A stretch of DNA of 14,557 nt from a virus. The stretch lies in the UHGV virus genome UHGV-1341758. One strand, given 5' to 3'. Below the pieces are notes generated by a model, which worked only from the letters and a program-made list of their open reading frames with translations, did no database searches and was not told where the DNA came from. The stretch's first letter is position 1. Every line of letters begins with the position of its first letter. Below are positions 8,896 through 14,557 of this stretch, one piece after another. The translations under genes were made by a program, and so were the position numbers.

Positions 8896-9079
8896 CTCTT
8901 TCACTCCATCCGCGATGAACCATGAGAACGTCGTTGACGATGGCGTGCATTTTCCCGTCTTTATCATCAACGTATTTTCTGACCGTACCGCGACTACATT
9001 TCAGTCTGCGTGCTACTTCTGTCTGGTTTCCGTATGCTTCAACGAGCATGTCTGGAATGGTTTTTACTGAGAACGTCAT
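8873..9079 (-). CDS. ninH: NinH (small Fis-like HTH protein)
   Basis: 68-aa ORF matching recalled lambda NinH ([37 protein letters not shown]...). ATGA overlap with NinG. Confidence 0.85.
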   Translation of the reverse strand: MTFSVKTIPDMLVEAYGNQTEVARRLKCSRGTVRKYVDDKDGKMHAIVNDVLMVHRGWSERDALLRKN

Positions 9080-9696
9080 GCGGCCTCACTTCTGCTATTT
9101 CGCAGGTCTTTGAGTTTCTGCTGATACTCCGCCTTGATGGCCCTGCACTCTTCGACAGTCCAGCGATGGCGGTTATGGTTTGATTCGATTTCGTCTACTG
9201 CTTCCTGCCCGATGCGATTAATCAGTTCGACGCGATACGGAACGAGATTTCCGCTTTTGTGCTGGTTGCACACCACGCATTGCTTGTGAATATTGCGTTC
9301 ATCAAATCGGAGTTGAGGTGCCGCAGCAGTTGTCCGGTAATGTCCGGCATCCCACTGAGCAGACGTGAGCGTTCCGCACGAGATACATGGTAAGTCGCGG
9401 TCTCTTTCTCTGATGAAGGCGTTTACGGCTTGTTGGGCTTGTTGGGCTTGTTTAATCCAGTAACTGCGGGGCTTTAAGGCGAGTTTTCGAATCTTAAGTT
9501 TATCTTTCTGTTTCTGCTCCTCTCGTCGTCGTTTCTTCTCTGCTGCTTTTTCCGCTTTTTCGCGTTCTTTGCTTCGTCGTTCGAGTGCTATCTTGGTTCC
9601 ACACTCTGGAGAGCACCACCACTGATTAGCGAATGCAGGGTGAAACCATTCCCGGCATTCATCGTTTTTACATCGTCTTCGCGCTGGTTTAGCCAT
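9076..9696 (-). CDS. ninG: NinG / Rap recombination endonuclease (Holliday-junction-resolving)
   Basis: 206-aa ORF matching recalled lambda NinG ([33 protein letters not shown]...). Confidence 0.9.
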   Translation of the reverse strand: MAKPARRRCKNDECREWFHPAFANQWWCSPECGTKIALERRSKEREKAEKAAEKKRRREEQKQKDKLKIRKLALKPRSYWIKQAQQAQQAVNAFIRERDRDLPCISCGTLTSAQWDAGHYRTTAAAPQLRFDERNIHKQCVVCNQHKSGNLVPYRVELINRIGQEAVDEIESNHNRHRWTVEECRAIKAEYQQKLKDLRNSRSEAA

Positions 9697-9865
9697 CGTC
9701 TTCTTCCTCGTACATTGAGCTATTCGGATCGCTCATCAGTTCTGCGCAGCAGTGCTCACACACGTGAACTTCCAGCACATGCAGCTTCTGACCGCAGTTA
9801 GCGCACGTTAAAGCCCGCTCGACGCTTTCTTTCTGGTATTGAAGGGATTGGGATGGGCTAAGCAT
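9689..9865 (-). CDS. ninF: NinF (small zinc-ribbon protein); absent from the ORF track because it is under the length cutoff
   Basis: Manual minus-strand translation gives a 58-aa protein, [58 protein letters not shown], close to recalled lambda NinF. CxxC...CxxCC cysteine pattern. TAATG overlap with the upstream gene and an 8-nt overlap with NinG. Confidence 0.75.
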   Translation of the reverse strand: MLSPSQSLQYQKESVERALTCANCGQKLHVLEVHVCEHCCAELMSDPNSSMYEEEDDG

Positions 9866-10230
9866 TATTGGATTCTCTGCATCATGAGAAAGACAATCAT
9901 GGCGGCGCGGAGGGGATTTTCATGTATAGCTCGCTTAGATTTACAGTAGTCCACACCGCGTGCACCCCACTCGTCTTCATCGAGATTGATAATGCTAATC
10001 CTGTATTTTTCAATAATCGGCCATGCGTCTGCTGGGTTTGCGCATGGGTTAAAGGATCCGCGCTCAACTTCTACTTCAACTGCGTCTCCGTTTACAATGT
10101 CTCCCTCAAATGAGACAAACACCATATCGCCATTCTCACCTTCTTTGTAATCCGGTGATCCGTTATGAATGGCTTCGAATACCGCCACGTTAATTTCAAA
10201 ATCACTTAACTGTGAATAATCCATTGTCAT
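9865..10230 (-). CDS. Acidic hypothetical protein between NinE and NinF (position matches P22 NinX)
   Basis: ORF 9865-10266 in the track. ATG at 10230-10228 forms an ATGA overlap with the NinE stop, so [15 protein letters not shown]... (121 aa) is the likely product. No recognisable motif; the NinX label is by gene order only. Confidence 0.5.
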   Translation of the reverse strand: MTMDYSQLSDFEINVAVFEAIHNGSPDYKEGENGDMVFVSFEGDIVNGDAVEVEVERGSFNPCANPADAWPIIEKYRISIINLDEDEWGARGVDYCKSKRAIHENPLRAAMIVFLMMQRIQ

Positions 10231-10403
10231 TTCCTCGCACGATATCTTAGCCACCGGATATCCCACAGGTGAGCTGTGTAATTGAAGGTTTTTACGTCAG
10301 ATTCTTTTGGGATTGGCTTGCGTTTATTTCTGGAGCGTTTCGTTGGAAGGTATTTGCAGTTTTCGCAGATGATGTCGGTGAAACTTCGTCGCTGTCGCCT
10401 CAT
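10227..10403 (-). CDS. ninE: NinE
   Basis: From the internal Met at 10403 the 58-aa product [58 protein letters not shown] matches recalled lambda NinE. ATGA overlap with the methyltransferase stop. Confidence 0.8.
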   Translation of the reverse strand: MRRQRRSFTDIICENCKYLPTKRSRNKRKPIPKESDVKTFNYTAHLWDIRWLRYRARK

Positions 10404-10927
10404 GCCGCCCTCCTGACGCCCTGCCCGATCGCCATCAATGCCGCTTTGGATACGGTAGTAAACATCCGTCGAGGACTGATGAACGGTCGCCAAATCAGCA
10501 GCATGGAGCCTTTGCTGTTTCCCTTCTTCTCCAGCCCTGTCGATGGTTCGATAAAATTAATCCGTCCATCAGTGATAATGCGAACTTCGTCGACACTCTC
10601 CAGAGCCTTGCTGAACCATCCGACTGACATATCCTCTGGCACAAGCATAACTACCGTCTGTCGCTGTTGTATGCACTGCTCAGCGGCTTTTTCCACCCAC
10701 GGCCTGATATTGCTGTACGGTGGGTTATTCCAGATTGCACCGTGGCTTACCCACTCAGAATTGAGCGCGTCGTCGGCCTCAGTTAGCCAGTGAGCACACA
10801 GAGCATTTTTGTCGCTCGCTGCCGAATCCAGCCAGAATCCAAACTCAATATCCAGTGCATCAAAAAGCCAAAGCGGCGTTTGCCAGCAGTCCTTGTCGTG
10901 TGCTGGCGTATTTGATTTGATAGTCAT
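10400..10927 (-). CDS. Phage orphan N6-adenine DNA methyltransferase (Dam-like)
   Basis: Contains WNNPPYS (motif IV, (D/N)PP(Y/F), of N6-adenine methyltransferases) and an N-terminal [13 protein letters not shown]...FWLDSAAS segment typical of small phage adenine MTases. ATG at 10927 gives ATGA coupling to NinB (175 aa); the track start at 10987 is an alternative. Confidence 0.85.
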   Translation of the reverse strand: MTIKSNTPAHDKDCWQTPLWLFDALDIEFGFWLDSAASDKNALCAHWLTEADDALNSEWVSHGAIWNNPPYSNIRPWVEKAAEQCIQQRQTVVMLVPEDMSVGWFSKALESVDEVRIITDGRINFIEPSTGLEKKGNSKGSMLLIWRPFISPRRMFTTVSKAALMAIGQGVRRAA

Positions 10928-11367
10928 GCAGCCCGATATCCCCATCGCGCTTTCCATTCGAGAGCCAGTCGCGCTTCGTCTGACCACTTAACGCCACGTT
11001 CTGTACCGAATGCCTGTATAAGCTCTAATAGCTCCGCAAATTCGCCTACCCGCATCCTGCTGGTTGACTGGCCTATTACCACAAAGCCATTCCCGGCAAG
11101 GTTAGGAACAACGTCCTGCTGCTTTAAGGCTGCGGTAAACACACACTTCCAGCTTTCTGCATCCAGCCAGCGACCATGCCATTCAACCTGACGCGAGACG
11201 TCACCTAAGCAGGCCCATAGCTTTCTGTTTTGGTCTAAGCTGCGGTTGCGTTCCTGAATGGTTACTACGATTGGCTTGGTTGGGTCTGGAAGGATTTGCT
11301 GGATAGCTTGAATGGCGTTCTGCTGATGAATGGGGCTTCTTAGTTCAAACGTTAGTTTCCTCACCAT
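10924..11367 (-). CDS. ninB: NinB (Orf-family recombination mediator)
   Basis: 147-aa ORF matching recalled lambda NinB (..KLTFE(L/I)RSP.HQQNAI.A.QQILPDPTKPIVVTIQERNRSLDQNRKLWACLGDVSRQVEWHGRWLDAESWKC...). Confidence 0.9.
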   Translation of the reverse strand: MVRKLTFELRSPIHQQNAIQAIQQILPDPTKPIVVTIQERNRSLDQNRKLWACLGDVSRQVEWHGRWLDAESWKCVFTAALKQQDVVPNLAGNGFVVIGQSTSRMRVGEFAELLELIQAFGTERGVKWSDEARLALEWKARWGYRAA

Positions 11368-11509
11368 TTACGCTCCTGTAATCGTCAAGTGCAGCTGCAA
11401 TAGTCCCTATCGGGTCATGGTCTTGCCCGATAATCTCATTTACGTTTTCATCTTCTTCCACACCGAAAAAGAATCGCAGGGCTAACATGATTTCTTCGTA
11501 TGCGCTCAT
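11345..11509 (-). CDS. Small acidic hypothetical protein (54 aa), not in the ORF track
   Basis: Manual translation from ATG at 11509: MSAYEEIMLALRFFFGVEEDENVNEIIGQDHDPIGTIAAALDDYRSVNGEETNV. AAGGAG sits about 8 nt upstream; the gene fills the gap between the 110-aa ORF and NinB and overlaps the NinB start by about 23 nt. Confidence 0.4.
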   Translation of the reverse strand: MSAYEEIMLALRFFFGVEEDENVNEIIGQDHDPIGTIAAALDDYRSVNGEETNV

Positions 11510-11511
11510 AC

Positions 11512-11844
11512 TCACTCCTTCACTTTGACTCCAGCAGCGCGGATGTTTTCCTCATAAGCATCCATTGCATCGCCGAAGCCATTGGAATAATCAACAGTAA
11601 ACCCTTTGGTTAATGCTTCTCTGCTGTCGATAAACTTTGGCGCGGTTATTTCAATAGCTGCTCGCGATGCCTGCCACGTTTGCCAGTGGCCTTGAACATC
11701 GTCCATCACGTATTGACCACCAATATTACCGCTGCCAATTTCATGGTGATTTTCAGGGTAACGGATAAGGTCTGAGGATTCGCCTCCACGTCGCAACCAA
11801 CTTTCTTCAAACTGCTTTCTTGATTCGTCCATATTCCTCTCCAT
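11512..11844 (-). CDS. Hypothetical protein (110 aa)
   Basis: ORF in the track (11512-11850, GTG). ATG at 11844-11842 overlaps the stop of the upstream 66-aa gene (TGATG), suggesting the coupled start. No recognisable motifs. Confidence 0.6.
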   Translation of the reverse strand: MERNMDESRKQFEESWLRRGGESSDLIRYPENHHEIGSGNIGGQYVMDDVQGHWQTWQASRAAIEITAPKFIDSREALTKGFTVDYSNGFGDAMDAYEENIRAAGVKVKE

Positions 11845-12044
11845 CACCACTCATTTTTAAGTAAGCGCCACACAGCCTTTCCGCGCGGGAATATCCTGTC
11901 GATATTCTTCTGCATGTTATTTGCCATCACCTTTCGATAGTCATTGCGATAGGGCTTGTTGCGAATAACTTTTGCCATCTTGTAATGACGTCTTAATCGT
12001 TCTTTTGTCCACCCGTCGTAAAGAACAACAATCGTTGTCATCAT
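11844..12044 (-). CDS. Small basic hypothetical protein (66 aa)
   Basis: ORF with GGAGAG Shine-Dalgarno-like sequence just upstream of its ATG; very K/R-rich. Compactly placed between two other small genes. Confidence 0.55.
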   Translation of the reverse strand: MMTTIVVLYDGWTKERLRRHYKMAKVIRNKPYRNDYRKVMANNMQKNIDRIFPRGKAVWRLLKNEW

Positions 12045-12069
12045 TTCTCTCCATTAGTGTGCTGGGGTG

Positions 12070-12258
12070 TTAGGCCTGTACGATTTCACATTTTCTTATG
12101 CGGAGACCGTTCTCATCATCTTGTAAATCAATAGCTCTCTGAGCATCCTCTTTAGTGCGGAATACCGCCTTAACTTCACCGTATTTTTCATGCGCTACTG
12201 AAACAAGCCCATCTTCATCGTCGATGATTGCGTAAAACATATATTCGCTGTTACTCAT
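12070..12258 (-). CDS. Small hypothetical protein (62 aa)
   Basis: ORF preceded by GAGGTGA and located 27 nt downstream of the terminator that follows the helicase gene; no recognisable motifs. Confidence 0.55.
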   Translation of the reverse strand: MSNSEYMFYAIIDDEDGLVSVAHEKYGEVKAVFRTKEDAQRAIDLQDDENGLRIRKCEIVQA

Positions 12259-12284
12259 GCTCTCACCTCACTCTGTTTCTGATG

Positions 12285-12317
12285 CAAATAAAAAGGCCTG
12301 CGATTACCAGCAGGCCT
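12285..12317 (-). terminator. Strong intrinsic terminator downstream of the helicase gene (tR2-equivalent position)
   Basis: Minus strand: AGGCCTGC-TGGTAATC-GCAGGCCT, a perfect 8-bp GC-rich stem with 8-nt loop, followed by TTTTTATTT. Confidence 0.65.
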
Positions 12318-12345
12318 GTTACAAGCTCAGTGATGTAGATGGTCA

Positions 12346-13608
12346 TCAGAATCCTCCTTTCTTCTTGGACTGCGGTTCCTCGCGTTCACGGCGGCGCATT
12401 TCAGCAGACTGTTGGTCTGTGTCATAAATAGCGCCATTTGCCTGAATGCAATACACCGTGCCGGTATTGCCATGACGATTGAGGCGAAGGATTAGTTCGG
12501 TTTCACCAGGAGGAACGCTGTCATCAAAAGCACCTTCCCGATGGATCCCAACCCAATAATCGCAATCCTGTTCAATCTGCCCTGTATCTCGTGAGTCACT
12601 TGGTAATGGGCGTTTATTGGTTCGGCTTTCCAGTGCGCGGTTAAGCTGCGTCAGAAGCACAACAACGCAATCAAGCTCTTTGGCAAGGTTCTTCAGTCCT
12701 TTGGTGATCATGCCGTAAGCAAGGTCGTTACGATCGGCCTTCTCAGCGGTCATTAGTGTCAGGTAATCGACCAGAATCATCCCAACACATCCTTTTTCTC
12801 GCTTGATTCGACGGCTTTCGCTGACGATTTGAGCCAGAGATAATCCCGGCGTGTCGTCGATGTAAAGCAGGTCGATTTCACTCAAGCGATTGGCTGTTTC
12901 GATCGCCCTGTTGAAGTCACCATCGTAATCACCCTGATAGCCGTCATCGGCGTCATTTGTCGCCGGAAGGTAAAAAATATTCGGGTTAACACCAGACTTC
13001 TGCCCTACCAGTTTTTCCAGTATCTGGTCACCGGGCATTTCAAGGCTGAACATCAGAGCGGGCTTTTTCTCATGCACTGCGCAGTTGATTGCCATCTGGC
13101 TGTATAGCGTCGTTTTCCCCATCTTAGGGCGAGCGCCAATGACAAACAGAGAGCCTTTCACCAGACCTTTCGGTGACAGCATCCTGTCCAGAGATGGGAT
13201 CCCTGTGCTCATTCCTCGTTGTTCGCCTGACGGGTCAAATCGCTTCTCAAGGTCGCTAACCCAGTCTTCCATGACCTCACCAAATGAGCGAAGGCCGCGA
13301 CGCGATCCGGTTTTTGCATGGTCTGTCAGTTGCGTGAAAATCGCCTGAATAGCTTCGTACTTCTGCGTTGCAGTCATTCCGTTGCGGGAATAGAGCAATT
13401 CCGTCGCTTCAGTCATGCGGTTGATGGCGTAGCGTTCCATTGCGGTTTCACGAACCTGCATTGCATAGGCAACGATGTTTGCTGCGCTTGGCGTGTTCTT
13501 TGCGATCTCAGCGATATAAGCAAAACCGCCAACAGACGCCGTTAACGATTTGCGCTCCAGTTCATCGAAAAGCGTCAGCCCATCTACTGGCTTTTGCTCC
13601 CGGTGCAT
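12346..13608 (-). CDS. DnaB-family replicative helicase, C-terminal ~420 residues (gene appears frameshifted; see 13614-13778)
   Basis: Walker A GARPKMGKT, Walker B-like ILVDYLTLM, and DnaB-like SVGGFAYIAEIAKNTPSAANI and LTQLNRALESR..RP..SD(L/S)R(E/D)(S/T)G.IEQD.D motifs, compared with recalled E. coli DnaB. Confidence 0.9.
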   Translation of the reverse strand: MHREQKPVDGLTLFDELERKSLTASVGGFAYIAEIAKNTPSAANIVAYAMQVRETAMERYAINRMTEATELLYSRNGMTATQKYEAIQAIFTQLTDHAKTGSRRGLRSFGEVMEDWVSDLEKRFDPSGEQRGMSTGIPSLDRMLSPKGLVKGSLFVIGARPKMGKTTLYSQMAINCAVHEKKPALMFSLEMPGDQILEKLVGQKSGVNPNIFYLPATNDADDGYQGDYDGDFNRAIETANRLSEIDLLYIDDTPGLSLAQIVSESRRIKREKGCVGMILVDYLTLMTAEKADRNDLAYGMITKGLKNLAKELDCVVVLLTQLNRALESRTNKRPLPSDSRDTGQIEQDCDYWVGIHREGAFDDSVPPGETELILRLNRHGNTGTVYCIQANGAIYDTDQQSAEMRRREREEPQSKKKGGF

Positions 13609-13613
13609 TCTGG

Positions 13614-13778
13614 TTATTTCTTCGAAAAGGATTGTGGTCGGCTGTAAAATGAATCAGGCTTCAGCATCGCCAGAACTTTCCGGACGCGCTCACTGCTGTC
13701 ATCATCCAGAAGCAATCCACCAATAACCGCCTGCTCTGCCTCGATGCTATGGGGCGGCGCATAAAAATTATCGGTCAT
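13614..13778 (-). CDS. DnaB-family helicase N-terminal fragment (54 codons), in a different frame from the main helicase ORF
   Basis: Manual translation from ATG at 13778: MTDNFYAPPHSIEAEQAVIGGLLLDDDSSERVRKVLAMLKPDSFYSRPQSFSKK*. PPHSIEAEQ.V.GGL.LD and DDFYTRP match the recalled DnaB N-terminus. Start overlaps the O-like gene stop. Confidence 0.7.
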   Translation of the reverse strand: MTDNFYAPPHSIEAEQAVIGGLLLDDDSSERVRKVLAMLKPDSFYSRPQSFSKK

Positions 13779-14529
13779 CGTGTTCACCCTCACGAACTTT
13801 CAGGTAGGTATTGTCGTTAAGCAGGAAATCAAATCCCTTTTTGTGCCAGACGGTTCCGCGTTGATGGTTTGGGCGTTCTTCGAACATCCATCGGCAATTT
13901 TCGCCTACGTAGCTCAAATAATTTCTCCAGTCCTGCATCGTGAACCCATGCCCGTCAAGCTGGCGGGTTATCACTCCGGCTTTGCGCCAGAACGTTCGGA
14001 TCTGGTTTTTACGCTTGTCATTCAGTGCGCGGATTCTTGGCGCTTCAGGAAGGATTTCGTGGTAAGCATCGACAACATCCTGACAGCTAACGGAAGGTTT
14101 TTTCTTGTCAGACTTTTTGTCTGCTGCGGTACTCTCTAATACGTCAGTATTAGAGATAATATTATTATATTCTTTATCTGTGGTAATTTGCTGGTAATCT
14201 GCTGGTACAGTATTGCTTGCAGGCATTGGTATTGCTGGCTTTGAGGTGGTAATTTGCTGGTAATCTGCTGGTACAAAATTTGACTGATAATCGTCATATT
14301 TCTCTACCGAGAAAACTGAGAATTTACCGTGTGAAACCCAGTCAATCATGCCGAGTTTTTTGAACTTTCTAAGCAGGTACTGAACGCGATCTGGTTTGAG
14401 TCCTGTTTCAAACGCCAGAGAGTTTCTACCGCCAAGTAGCTTCCCTCTGCCTACCAGAATTTCTCCTGCGTCAGTCATTACATACTCAGGCGTATGCTTT
14501 GCTTGAATCGCCACGGGTTTAACAGACAC
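13768..14529 (-). CDS. Replication initiator (lambda O-like / iteron-binding origin protein)
   Basis: 253-aa ORF immediately upstream of the helicase, overlapping its start. Contains in-frame DNA direct repeats (iterons) encoding VPADYQQITT twice, followed by an AT-rich stretch, as in lambda ori inside O. The start codon in the ORF track is GTG at 14529; the first ATG is at 14478. Confidence 0.65.
   Translation of the reverse strand: MSVKPVAIQAKHTPEYVMTDAGEILVGRGKLLGGRNSLAFETGLKPDRVQYLLRKFKKLGMIDWVSHGKFSVFSVEKYDDYQSNFVPADYQQITTSKPAIPMPASNTVPADYQQITTDKEYNNIISNTDVLESTAADKKSDKKKPSVSCQDVVDAYHEILPEAPRIRALNDKRKNQIRTFWRKAGVITRQLDGHGFTMQDWRNYLSYVGENCRWMFEERPNHQRGTVWHKKGFDFLLNDNTYLKVREGEHDDR
14180..14275 (-). 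repeat. Putative phage replication origin iterons inside the O-like gene
   Basis: Perfect 30-bp direct repeat GTGGTAATTTGCTGGTAATCTGCTGGTACA at 14180-14209 and 14246-14275, each made of tandem ~11-bp TGGTAAT(T/C)TGC units, with related GGTATTGCTGGC between. AT-rich block (about 14140-14179) lies on the downstream side. Confidence 0.65.
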
Positions 14530-14557
14530 CTCAGAGTCATTTAAGATGGCTTAAAGA

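Noticed and set aside
8896-8970. 25-codon upstream extension of the phosphatase ORF ([12 protein letters not shown]...)
   Set aside because: Lambda PPase begins at MRYYEKIDG; the extension overlaps the NinH coding region and lacks support.
10269-10793. 174-aa plus-strand ORF
   Set aside because: Antisense to the methyltransferase and NinE genes, which have strong motif and homology support; no independent evidence.
13614-13640. Programmed -1 ribosomal frameshift as the explanation for the split helicase
   Set aside because: No canonical X_XXY_YYZ slippery heptamer or downstream structure is evident at the frame junction; a 1-nt indel is more parsimonious. Not fully excluded.
1-14557. tRNA genes, CRISPR repeats, IS/transposase, integrase or att sites
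   Set aside because: No cloverleaf-compatible conserved tRNA motifs, no regularly spaced direct repeats with spacers, and no transposase- or integrase-like ORFs were seen; the window covers only the replication-to-head portion of the prophage.

Overview
This window is a contiguous segment of a lambdoid (phage lambda-like) prophage from an enterobacterium, probably E. coli-type, with all core phage genes on the minus strand. Reading from high to low coordinates: an O-like replication initiator with an internal iteron origin (13768-14529); a DnaB-family helicase split into two ORFs by a frameshift (12346-13778); a nin region (small ORFs, NinB, an inserted Dam-like N6-adenine methyltransferase, NinE, a NinX-like ORF, NinF, NinG/Rap, NinH, lambda-type Ser/Thr phosphatase); Q antiterminator; pR'-qut-tR'; the lysis cassette S-R-Rz/Rz1; a ~1.3 kb gap holding two plus-strand accessory (moron) genes, one strongly AT-rich; cos with a lambda-type cosN; terminase Nu1 and A; W; portal B; and the start of C. 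Many proteins look near-identical to lambda, but this rests on recalled sequences, not a database search. I saw no tRNA, CRISPR array, IS element, integrase or att site. I do not see a clear-cut novel multi-gene system. The items most worth follow-up are the frameshifted helicase, the methyltransferase insertion in the nin region, and the opposite-strand moron pair next to cos.
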